Source: Longimicrobiales bacterium
GTDB taxonomy: Bacteria; Gemmatimonadota; Gemmatimonadetes; Longimicrobiales; Gaopeijiaceae
Direction: 5' to 3'
Length of the DNA: 64,000 nucleotides
Assembly: GCA_965116905.1 (NCBI GenBank)
Contig: OZ220732.1
Span: 2,688,001 to 2,752,000, forward strand
Made by a program: the position numbers and the translations under genes. The notes beneath the pieces are model-generated. The model had not been told where the DNA came from. It searched no databases and was given only the letters and a program-made list of their open reading frames with translations. Positions 26,939 through 35,276 of this stretch are shown in pieces; within the stretch, counting starts at the first letter, position 1; each line of letters starts with the position of its first letter.

Positions 26939-28473
26939 TGGGCCGCCCCTTCCACGGTCTCGCACTCGGTGTCGACTTCGATGCGCTTCTCCCCGGACGG
27001 GGCGTCGAGGCGCGCGAGCGCCCGCGAGAAGTCATCCAGCGCGGCTGCCAACGCACGCCGGTCGAAAGCGGACGCATGCACCACTCGGACACGCCGCCGG
27101 TCTACGCGCTCCTTCAGTTCCGCTTCCCGCTGATTGAACAGCCGCTCGACAAGCCACCGGGGCCCCTCCCGGCCCCAGCAGTCTCGCGGCGGGCAGGCGA
27201 CGACCAGCACGCCCCGGACACCGGCCCGCACCAGGTACTCCACGACCGAACTGTGCAGGTTCCCAGCGCACGACACGGGAAAGCGCGGCGCGTCGTCGTC
27301 TGCCGGTGCGCTCGCGGCGGACCGGCCGCACGCGACCAGCACGATGTCCCCCGGCCCGCAACTGCCGTGCGCCACGTACTCTCTGACCCGGGCCAGCTGG
27401 TCGCGCCCGGTGCGGCCGGGCGGTCCCACGCCCATGGGCGCGCAGGAGCCCGCGCAGATCCCGCAGCTGACACACGAGGCGGGATTCACCTGCGCGACAA
27501 GTCCGTCGCGTCCGTCGGTGCGCTCCACCATCCGGATGGCGTCGTACGGGCAGTCCACGTAGCACTGCTCGCACGAGGTGCAGAGCCGGCTCGACACCGA
27601 CGAAGGCTCTGGCCGCCGGTCCTCTCGGGGGCGGGTCAGAACGGGAACGGCCAGGAGCGCGAGCACGGCGGTGGCACCGGCGGCCCACACCAGTACGGCA
27701 GGTGCCGGGGCGACTGCCGGGAGCCAGAACGAATAGAAGATGTTCAGGGCCACCTCGCCCGGCACGCGAAGGAGGTCGGCGCCCGGCCCGAGCCGGACGG
27801 GCAAGAGGACGGCCGCTGCGGTCAGCAGTCCCACGGCCGTCCAGAGCAGCGGCCGCGGCGGAAGGAGGACCGGACGGGCAACCCGCGAGACGTGCAGCCA
27901 AAGGAACATCACCACGCCGACCGGGATGGCGATGTGGAGGAACAGGTTCATGAAGAAGAACGCCGACGGCAGCGGGTCCGTGCCGGCGAAGGTCCGCGAT
28001 ATCGGCTCGGAGAAGAGGGGCAGGGCGTCGAGCAGCCGGGCGCCCTCGGTCGCGAGAAGCTGCGCGTGACCGTCCCACACCATCACGTAGCCGGTCCAGC
28101 CGCATACATACAGGAGGAAGACCAGGAAAACGCCCGAGATCCATGCCAGCGCCCGCGGTCCCCAGCTCCGGCCCTGACAGAACATCCGGAGCGCGTGGAC
28201 CACGACGGCCACCACGGTGGCGTCGGCGGCGTACCTGTGAAGCGAGCGGATCCAGCGTCCGCCCCAGAACTGCGCGTCGATGCGGACCATCGACTCGTAG
28301 GGCGTGCCGATGCGGTAGAAGAAGATGAGGTAGAGCCCCGTGACGAGCAGCACCGCAAGGCACACAAGGGCCAGCGCGCCGGACTGGTAGAGGGGATTCC
28401 ACTTCCACCCGTACAGCCGGTCGGCCCAGCCATCCAGCCGCTTCAGGACATGGCCGAGGGCCTGTTTGAGCAT
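26935..28473 (-). CDS. cytochrome b N-terminal domain + 2x[4Fe-4S] ferredoxin + MvhD/FlpD-like domain fusion
   Basis: Heme His pairs in RSLHRY...VHALR and FLHIAI...WLHVSR; GWTGYVMVWD; CTSCEQCYVDCP and CVSCGICAGSC; LVAC...VSCAG...VACPPRDC..REG. Confidence 0.85.
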   Translation of the reverse strand: MLKQALGHVLKRLDGWADRLYGWKWNPLYQSGALALVCLAVLLVTGLYLIFFYRIGTPYESMVRIDAQFWGGRWIRSLHRYAADATVVAVVVHALRMFCQGRSWGPRALAWISGVFLVFLLYVCGWTGYVMVWDGHAQLLATEGARLLDALPLFSEPISRTFAGTDPLPSAFFFMNLFLHIAIPVGVVMFLWLHVSRVARPVLLPPRPLLWTAVGLLTAAAVLLPVRLGPGADLLRVPGEVALNIFYSFWLPAVAPAPAVLVWAAGATAVLALLAVPVLTRPREDRRPEPSSVSSRLCTSCEQCYVDCPYDAIRMVERTDGRDGLVAQVNPASCVSCGICAGSCAPMGVGPPGRTGRDQLARVREYVAHGSCGPGDIVLVACGRSAASAPADDDAPRFPVSCAGNLHSSVVEYLVRAGVRGVLVVACPPRDCWGREGPRWLVERLFNQREAELKERVDRRRVRVVHASAFDRRALAAALDDFSRALARLDAPSGEKRIEVDTECETVEGAAQ

Positions 28474-28541
28474 TGGCGATCCTGCCGAAGGGTTCGAAGA
28501 GGGTCGGGGTTGGCGACCGGGACCGGAGAGGCCCTGGCCGC

Positions 28542-28577
28542 TTGCATCACGAAATAAATCATATCATCATGTTGATG
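28542..28577 (+). promoter_or_regulatory. candidate promoter/operator between the divergent genes
   Basis: AT-rich patch with TTGCAT-17-CATCAT and inverted repeat CATCA-TGT-TGATG at 28565-28577. Confidence 0.4.
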
Positions 28578-28613
28578 TCCGGAATAGAGGAAGCCGAGCA
28601 TGAAGAGGTCGGG

Positions 28614-29273
28614 ATGATCTCCAAGACGGCCCGTAACGCCCTCCGTGCGGTCCTTTCGGTCGCCGAACGGGAGGCGTCCGGACCGGTCTCCGCACGAACG
28701 CTGGCCCGGGAGCTCGATCTGCCGCACAACTACCTGTCGAAGACGCTGTACCGGCTGGTGCAGCACGGCGTCCTTGCCGCGACGCGTGGCCGCGGCGGCG
28801 GGTATCTGCTGACCGGGCCCGCGACCGAGTTGACCCTGGGTCGGATCGTGGAAGCCATCGACCCGGACGGAGGCGAGAGGCGCTGCCTCCTGGGGCGCCC
28901 GCAGTGCTCCGAGGTCAATCCCTGCGCCATGCACGGCCGTTGGTGCGAGGTACGCGAGGCCATCGACCGCTTCTTTGCCGAAACGACCGTCGGCGACCTG
29001 CTCGCCCCGGCGGCCCCCATGGTTCGGGGGCGATCCCCACTCCCCCTATTGAAGGAAGGCGACGCCATGTCCGATACGTCATCCCCCTCCTCCCAGCCAC
29101 CACCCGTGGAGCCGGACGCCCCCGTGCCGCAGGACACCCCCGTGCCGCTCATGCAGCGCCTCTACGACAGCCCGTTCCTGCTGCTCGTGGCGTGCATCGT
29201 GGTGATGTTCGTCTTCTTCACGGCCTGGGGCATGCTCGAGATCATGTCCCTGGAACCCGCACCCCTGCCATAG
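28614..29273 (+). CDS. Rrf2-family regulator reading in frame into a small single-TM oxidoreductase-associated subunit (internal ATG 29067)
   Basis: MISKTARNALRA, YLSKTL, RGRGGGY and CLLGRPQCSEVNPC motifs. No stop before AAGGAAGG-N6-ATG 29067, which encodes PLMQRLYDSPFLLL...WGMLEI. Confidence 0.85.
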   Translation: MISKTARNALRAVLSVAEREASGPVSARTLARELDLPHNYLSKTLYRLVQHGVLAATRGRGGGYLLTGPATELTLGRIVEAIDPDGGERRCLLGRPQCSEVNPCAMHGRWCEVREAIDRFFAETTVGDLLAPAAPMVRGRSPLPLLKEGDAMSDTSSPSSQPPPVEPDAPVPQDTPVPLMQRLYDSPFLLLVACIVVMFVFFTAWGMLEIMSLEPAPLP

Positions 29274-29288
29274 GGAAGGACACGTCCG

Positions 29289-29852
29289 ATGTACCGAACA
29301 GGAATCGAGGCGCCGGAGCGCGTCTGGTGGAAAAAGGTGGGACGGCACGAGAAGATATGGGTCTGGATCGCCTTCGCCTGGTGCATGGTCCTCTTCGCGA
29401 TGATGCCGATCTGGCACCTCCGCGGCGGCCAGAACCCGTCGGGAATCCGGCACCGGGTGGACCCGGCCGACTACCAGGCCCGCGTCCTGGAGTTCGTGCA
29501 GGAGTACCAGGTCGGCACCGATAACGGACTCCCCGTCGTGGAGCCGCCCCCTGGCAGCGACGTGTACCTGCAGGCGTCCCAGTACGCCTGGCTCCCCGTG
29601 GTGCGGCTGCGCCAGGGGGCGGAGTACACGCTCCATCTCTCCTCGCTGGACGTGAACCACGGCTTCAGCCTGTATCCGCTCAACATCAACTTCCAGGTCG
29701 TACCGGGCTACGACTACGGCCTGCGCATCGTGCCCAACCAGCCCGGCGAGTTCCACGTGATGTGCAACGAGTTCTGCGGGATCGGACACCATCTCATGGT
29801 CGGCAAGATCATCGTGGAGCCGGCCGACGCCACGGCGGGAGGTGACCGATGA
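29289..29852 (+). CDS. heme-copper oxidoreductase subunit II (CuA, single TM, B-family type)
   Basis: SLDVNHGF and CNEFCGIGHHLM motifs. Confidence 0.93.
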   Translation: MYRTGIEAPERVWWKKVGRHEKIWVWIAFAWCMVLFAMMPIWHLRGGQNPSGIRHRVDPADYQARVLEFVQEYQVGTDNGLPVVEPPPGSDVYLQASQYAWLPVVRLRQGAEYTLHLSSLDVNHGFSLYPLNINFQVVPGYDYGLRIVPNQPGEFHVMCNEFCGIGHHLMVGKIIVEPADATAGGDR

Positions 29853-31570
29853 ACCCCTTCCGCAGCTGCCCCACGACCGGCCTGCAGGTGCACCGAACGG
29901 CCGACAACCTGATCAAGGCCAACGCGGTGGCCGCCACCGTCGCTCTTCTCCTCGGGGGAATCGCTGCCGTGCTGGTCCTGCTGACCCGCTGGGAGGCGGT
30001 CCTTCTGCTCGAAGCCGAGATGTTCTACCGCATGCTGACCGTGCACGGCATGAACATGCTCATCTTCTTCATCATCTTCTTCGAGATGGCGGTGCTGTAC
30101 TTCGCGTCCGCCGTGCTCCTCAACTGCAGGGTGCCCGCGCCGAAGACCGGGTGGATCGCCTTCCTGCTCATGGTGGTGGGCACGCTGATGGTCGAGTGGA
30201 CGATGTGGACGGGCCGCGCCGACGTGCTGTTCACGTCGTACGTGCCGCTCCGGGCGCATCCGCTCTTCTACCTGGGCGTCATCCTGTTCGCGGTCGGTGC
30301 CCTGACGGTGGTCGGACACTTCTTCGCCATCCTCGTGGTGGCCAGACGCGAGAAGACGTACGAGGGGTCGGTGCCGCTGGTCACCTACGGAGCGCTGACG
30401 GCGGCGGCGATCGCCGCGGTCACGCTGCTGCACGGGGCGATCATCTACATCCCCACCTTCTTCTGGTCGCTCGACATGATGAATGTGGACCCCCAGGTGT
30501 ACCGGCTGATCTGGTGGGGACTCGGCCATTCGTCGCAGCAGATCAACGTGGCGGCCATGGTCTCGATATGGTATCTGCTTGGCGCGCTTACGGTAGGCGC
30601 GGTCGTGCTCAACGAAAAGGTGAGCCGCACGGCCTTCGTCCTCTACGTCCTGTTCATCTCGATGGCGTCGGCGCATCATCTGCTGGTGGACCCCGGCATG
30701 GGACCGTCCTGGAAGGTCTGGAACACCAGCTACTTCATGTACATGGCCGTGCTGGCCTCGATGATTCACGGCTTCACGGTGCCCGCCGGAACGGAGCTGG
30801 GCATGCGGCTGCGGGGGGCCACGCAGGGGCTCTTCGGGTGGTTGAAGCGGGCTCCCTGGGGCGATCCCGGATTCAGCTCGCTGGCGTTCTCGATCGTGGT
30901 GTTCGGGTTCGTGGGCGGGATCACGGGGGTGACCTTCGGGACCGAGCAGATCAACATAATCGCGCACAACACGCTGCGGATCCCCGGGCACTTCCACGCC
31001 ACCGTGGTTTCGGGGACCGCGATGGCCTTCATGGGGATCACCTACTACGTAATCCCGCTCATCTTCCGGCGGGAGATCGCCTTCTACCGGCTCGCGAAGA
31101 TCCAGCCGTATCTCTTCGCGATCGGCATGCTCGTCTTCTCGATGGCGATGACTTTTGCCGGCACCTTCGGCGTGCCGCGCCGCCACTGGGACATCGGCTT
31201 CAACCAGGCGCTCTTCCAGCCCGAGTTCTCGCCGGCCGTCAACCTCATCATCGGGGTGATGGCGGTGGGCGGGCTGATCGCGATCCTGGGCGGCGCGATC
31301 TACATCGTGGTGACGGTGGTGTCGGTCTTCTTCGGCCGGAAGATGGCGGCGGACGACTCGGGGCTGGGCGCGACCGGACGCGGGCTTCCACCGGGCATTA
31401 CGAATCCGCCGCGAGCACTCAAACCCGAGGACAGGGAGGCGCTGAAGCCTTCGGGCCGCCTGGGACCGGTCCCGGGCACGATGGTCCTGGTGTTCATCTT
31501 CCTGGCGGCGTTCATCCTCTACTATTTCGTGAACTGGATGCTGCTGTCGTTCCTGTGGGAGGTGGGATGA
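29849..31570 (+). CDS. heme-copper oxidoreductase subunit I, probable eNOR-type nitric oxide reductase
   Basis: All six His present (LTVHG, GHSSQQ, SAHHL, GHFH), but GHSSQQ replaces GHPxVY. Confidence 0.85.
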   Translation: MNPFRSCPTTGLQVHRTADNLIKANAVAATVALLLGGIAAVLVLLTRWEAVLLLEAEMFYRMLTVHGMNMLIFFIIFFEMAVLYFASAVLLNCRVPAPKTGWIAFLLMVVGTLMVEWTMWTGRADVLFTSYVPLRAHPLFYLGVILFAVGALTVVGHFFAILVVARREKTYEGSVPLVTYGALTAAAIAAVTLLHGAIIYIPTFFWSLDMMNVDPQVYRLIWWGLGHSSQQINVAAMVSIWYLLGALTVGAVVLNEKVSRTAFVLYVLFISMASAHHLLVDPGMGPSWKVWNTSYFMYMAVLASMIHGFTVPAGTELGMRLRGATQGLFGWLKRAPWGDPGFSSLAFSIVVFGFVGGITGVTFGTEQINIIAHNTLRIPGHFHATVVSGTAMAFMGITYYVIPLIFRREIAFYRLAKIQPYLFAIGMLVFSMAMTFAGTFGVPRRHWDIGFNQALFQPEFSPAVNLIIGVMAVGGLIAILGGAIYIVVTVVSVFFGRKMAADDSGLGATGRGLPPGITNPPRALKPEDREALKPSGRLGPVPGTMVLVFIFLAAFILYYFVNWMLLSFLWEVG

Positions 31571-32622
31571 GTTTGGAGCCGATTGTGAAGCCGCCGACGC
31601 CCGAGGACGCGCACGCGCCCTCGCCGGCTGCCGTGCGCGGAGCCATGATCGGGCTGGTGGCGCTGCTGGGGATCACCGTCGCATGGTGGGCCCTGGCCCT
31701 GTGGCCGGTCGAGGGGGTTCCCCCGGCGTGGCTGGAGCGTGCCCGCGCGGTGTGCTTCAACGCGGGTCCGTCGGGGCTTCCCGATGCGTCCGGATGGCTG
31801 TTGCTGGTGGGGCAGCCGATCGGGATGCTGGCGGTGCTGATGGTGATCGCGGGCGATGCGGTGCGGACCGGGGTCGGACGGGCCTTCGCTTCGCCGGCGG
31901 GGCTGCTCGGGATCGCGGGCGCGGCCGGGGTGGTGGTGACGGGGGTCGTGCTGGCGGCGGTCCGCGTCGTGGATGCGCCCCGCGACGCGGCCTGGCTGGA
32001 AGCGGCCAGCGCCCGGGTGCCCGCCTCCTACCCCCGGCTGGACCGGCCCTTGCCCGAGGTCGCGGGGCTGCTGGACCAGCATGGCGATGCGTTCGGCTGG
32101 GAGCGCGTCGCCGGCCGGCCCGCGCTCCTCACCTTCGGCTTCGGACACTGCGCGACCGTATGTCCCATGACGGTCATGAACGCGCGGCAGGCCCGGGACC
32201 GGTTGCGGGCCGAGGGCCACGAGATGGACCTCGTGGTGATCACGCTGGACCCCTGGCGGGACACCCCTGCGCGGCTTCCCTCGCTGGCGCGGCAATTCCA
32301 CCTTGGCGGAGACGGTGCCAGCGCGAACGATGGGGCGAGCGCGAACGATGGGGCGAGCGCGAACGATGGGGCGAGCGCGGGCCCCGCGGCGGGAGGTGGG
32401 CGCGCGGCAGAAGGTGGCCCCGGCCGATCATACCTGCTGTCCGGCCCGGTCGAGGCGGTCAACGCCGCGCTCGATGCCCTCCAGGTGGCGCGGGAGCGGG
32501 TCGTGGACACGGGCGACATCGTCCACCCCGCGCTGGTCTACCTGCTAGGCGCGGACGGGACGATCGTCTACGCTGCGAGCGGGCACGCCGACCTCATTGA
32601 GGAACTGGCGCGGCGGATGTGA
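31567..32622 (+). CDS. SCO-family copper chaperone with N-terminal membrane extension
   Basis: FGFGHCATVCP, ITLDPWRDTP and IVHPALVYL motifs; about three N-terminal TM helices; ATGA overlap. Confidence 0.88.
   Translation: MSLEPIVKPPTPEDAHAPSPAAVRGAMIGLVALLGITVAWWALALWPVEGVPPAWLERARAVCFNAGPSGLPDASGWLLLVGQPIGMLAVLMVIAGDAVRTGVGRAFASPAGLLGIAGAAGVVVTGVVLAAVRVVDAPRDAAWLEAASARVPASYPRLDRPLPEVAGLLDQHGDAFGWERVAGRPALLTFGFGHCATVCPMTVMNARQARDRLRAEGHEMDLVVITLDPWRDTPARLPSLARQFHLGGDGASANDGASANDGASANDGASAGPAAGGGRAAEGGPGRSYLLSGPVEAVNAALDALQVARERVVDTGDIVHPALVYLLGADGTIVYAASGHADLIEELARRM
32320..32379. repeat. 3+ x 18-bp tandem repeat encoding SANDGA inside SCO
   Basis: AGCGCGAACGATGGGGCG at 32320, 32338 and 32356. 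Confidence 0.9.
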
Positions 32623-32623
32623 G

Positions 32624-33340
32624 CTACGGCGCCAGACTGATCCCGAACACCAGAAACGCGCGGTCCTGGTCGGGATTGAAGATGTACGAGACGTTCATCG
32701 GAAGCGCGAACGAATCGGTGATCTGCAAGTCCTTGCCGGCCGTGATTCCAAGGTTCACGATGGCAGCCCCTTCGGTCCCGTAGAAGCCGCTCTCGGCGGT
32801 GACCATGCCCGCGTGCAGGCCGAGTTCCACGCCTTCGCCCGCCGGCAGCGGCAGGCCCGCCTCCACGTACATGGGCTTGTCGTCGTCGTTGATGAGGCCG
32901 GCAAAGAGCGACAGCGGGAACGACTCGGGTCCTGCGAAGGCCAGGGAGAACTCCCATGTGTGGGCGCTCTCGTAGCTGAACCCGTCGGCCCCCGGGCCGG
33001 GGAAGTAGTAGTCGGTGGCGCCGATCGCGAAGGAAGCTCCCGAGGAGGTCGTGACCGTGTACGTGAACCAGAGGTCGTTCTCGTTTGCGGACGCGCCGTC
33101 GGCGGAGATCGAGTAGGAGCCCCAGGCCCCGAATTCGAGGCCGCCGGCACCAATGGTCAGCGCGGGCTGCACCGACATCGACTCCCCGAAATCGAGTCCA
33201 CGCCAGACGTAGCGGCTGACGACGTCGGCGCCGATGGAGACGGATTGTGCGGCGGCGGGAGAAGGAACGGGCGCGAGGGCGGCAAGCGTGCCCAGTGCGG
33301 CGACGATGAGAACGCGACGGCGGTTGGTTGGCCAATGCAT
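32624..33340 (-). CDS. TorF-family putative outer-membrane porin
   Basis: Signal peptide; VVSRYVWRG, SVQP, GAWGS and ENDLWFTY motifs; C-terminal beta strand. Confidence 0.78.
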   Translation of the reverse strand: MHWPTNRRRVLIVAALGTLAALAPVPSPAAAQSVSIGADVVSRYVWRGLDFGESMSVQPALTIGAGGLEFGAWGSYSISADGASANENDLWFTYTVTTSSGASFAIGATDYYFPGPGADGFSYESAHTWEFSLAFAGPESFPLSLFAGLINDDDKPMYVEAGLPLPAGEGVELGLHAGMVTAESGFYGTEGAAIVNLGITAGKDLQITDSFALPMNVSYIFNPDQDRAFLVFGISLAP

Positions 33341-33383
33341 GTGACAGCTTCCTTTCCAGTATGGAGCAAAATCCCCTTGCACT

Positions 33384-34253
33384 TCAGGCGGTCCCGGCGG
33401 CTTCCCGGTGGCGGGTCACCATGACCTGTGTTGTCAGCTTCGAGTCGGCCGCACCCCTGTAGACTCCGCGGGTCGGGGGTACATCCGCATAGTCTCTTCC
33501 GACCGCCACGCGCACGTGTCGGTGGTCGCTCCGGCTGTCGTTGGCCGGATCCAGTCCGATCCATCCCACTCCGGGGTACCAGCACTCCACCCAGGCGTGG
33601 CTCTCGCCGGGAGTCGCGAAGTCGTCGTCGGGACCGAGGTAGCCGGACACGTAACGGCAGGGCACCCCCCACCCCCGGAGTATGGACGCCATGACGTGCG
33701 CGTAGTCCTGACACACGCCGCGTCCGGTCTCCAGTATCCGGTCGATGGGCGAGTCCACCGCGGTACTCCCGGGCGCGTACTCGAAAATGTCGTGGAGTCT
33801 CGTGCCGAGGTCGACCGCGCTGCGCAGCGGATCGTCACCCGGCTTGATCCCGTGCTTGTCGAGGAACCGATCCAGGGCCTCGGAGGGGCCCACGTAGTGA
33901 CTCGGCTGCAGCATCAGCCACAGCTCCGGGCTTCGGATCGCCCCGCCGAGCTCCTGCCACGCATCGGGCCCCAGACGCGTCGGAAGTTGTGACATGGGAC
34001 CCACTTCGACGGTCGAACGGCTCCGTATCGCAAGCCGCTCGTGTGCGCCGGGGCGATCGAGGAAGTGCCCGAGGTTTCCGAACGGACCGACGAAATCGAA
34101 CAGCGTACCCGGCGGATCGGTCCGGATGCCGAAGTCCAGCACCACCTGGCACCGGTCCTGGATGGGCCGCAGGTACAGCGTCATGACCGAGGAGTGCACG
34201 GGAGCATCGTAGGCGAAGTCGACCGAGTGCTCTATGGTGTACCTGGCAATCAC
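33384..34253 (-). CDS. transglutaminase-like protein with N-terminal Bact_transglu_N domain
   Basis: GVCQDYAH, RYVSGY, SHAWVE, LDPAN and GRDYADVPP motifs; GTGA overlap with alpha-E gene. Confidence 0.92.
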   Translation of the reverse strand: MIARYTIEHSVDFAYDAPVHSSVMTLYLRPIQDRCQVVLDFGIRTDPPGTLFDFVGPFGNLGHFLDRPGAHERLAIRSRSTVEVGPMSQLPTRLGPDAWQELGGAIRSPELWLMLQPSHYVGPSEALDRFLDKHGIKPGDDPLRSAVDLGTRLHDIFEYAPGSTAVDSPIDRILETGRGVCQDYAHVMASILRGWGVPCRYVSGYLGPDDDFATPGESHAWVECWYPGVGWIGLDPANDSRSDHRHVRVAVGRDYADVPPTRGVYRGAADSKLTTQVMVTRHREAAGTA

Positions 34254-35248
34254 GACGGCAGCCCTTCCGAGACGGGGTAGTCGACGTACTCGGTGATCAG
34301 CAGATCGTGGAGCCTCCTGCCATCGCCGGCGAGGTGCTCGAAGAGCCGGTCGGTGATACCGCTGCCGTCCGCCGCCCGCTCTTCGTCGGTCACGGTTCCG
34401 GTCGCGGCCTCGACCGTGGCCGCCAGCCTCAGCGCGACCCTCCTCGGTGGAATGAGGGGGTGACGGCTCCCGAGCGGGTCGATGCCGACGAGCATCTGCT
34501 CGATCCGCTGCAGGGCAAAACAGAGGGAACGTGGCACCTCCGGGTCGCGGATCAGGAATTCGAGTACGGCGTCGCGTTCGGCCGCCATGCCGTGCCGGCG
34601 GCAGTAGAGCTCGAACGCCACGCACACGCGGAGGAGGTCGCTCCACGAAAGGGAAGGGTCCGCCCCCGCCGGCGCACCGAGCTGGTCCCACGTGCACAGC
34701 AGGTTCGTCTGGTGCTGGAAACGCTCGACGAATCGGCCCAGCTGCAGAAAACGCCACACGTCGTCCCTCGACATCGTCGCTTCCACTACCCCGGCAAGCA
34801 GCCGAAGCCGGTCGATTCCCTCGGAAACGAGGGTGGCCGGGCGTTTCTTCCAGGCGGCCGGAAAGTCGCAATCCCGGATCCAGAGGAACCCGCGGTTGAG
34901 CGTGGTCCAGACCTCGAGCGGAAGTTGCGGGCGCAGCTGCGTGGCGTTCTCGCGCGCCATGCCCCAGCACGTGACCATGGAGTCGGGGTTGGTGTGATCT
35001 TCGACCAGACTGCCGGCCAGCGTGTAGGCGTCGGCCATCATGAACGCCTCGGCCTCGTCGACATCGGCCGGCGCGATCGGAGGCGACTGTCCCAGCGCGC
35101 GATAGATCACCTGCCAACCCAGCGCCAGTTCGTCGGCGGGGGAATCGACCAGGCCGGTCAGCTGGTACTTCAGAAGACGTGCGGTGTGCTCGGTGCGTTC
35201 GATGTACCGTCCCATCCAGTACAAATCCGCCGCTACCCGCGCCAGCAT
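34250..35248 (-). CDS. alpha-E domain protein
   Basis: MLARVAADLYWMGRYIERTEHTAR, ARENA, FLQLGRFVER and PRSL motifs. Confidence 0.92.
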   Translation of the reverse strand: MLARVAADLYWMGRYIERTEHTARLLKYQLTGLVDSPADELALGWQVIYRALGQSPPIAPADVDEAEAFMMADAYTLAGSLVEDHTNPDSMVTCWGMARENATQLRPQLPLEVWTTLNRGFLWIRDCDFPAAWKKRPATLVSEGIDRLRLLAGVVEATMSRDDVWRFLQLGRFVERFQHQTNLLCTWDQLGAPAGADPSLSWSDLLRVCVAFELYCRRHGMAAERDAVLEFLIRDPEVPRSLCFALQRIEQMLVGIDPLGSRHPLIPPRRVALRLAATVEAATGTVTDEERAADGSGITDRLFEHLAGDGRRLHDLLITEYVDYPVSEGLPS

Positions 35249-35276
35249 CAGCCGACCGTCGCCTCTCGCATCGTCG

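Noticed and set aside
28542..28577. FNR box or canonical NsrR box
   Set aside because: It does not match TTGAT-N4-ATCAA or the enterobacterial NsrR consensus; kept only as a weak promoter/operator candidate.
29849..31570. Ordinary cytochrome c oxidase (aa3/ba3)
   Set aside because: The helix VI cross-linking Tyr is absent (HSSQQ).
26935..32622. Selenoproteins suggested by selC (MvhD-like domain, SCO)
   Set aside because: The relevant positions are ordinary Cys codons in uninterrupted ORFs. I saw no in-frame TGA readthrough candidate, though the window was not exhaustively scanned.
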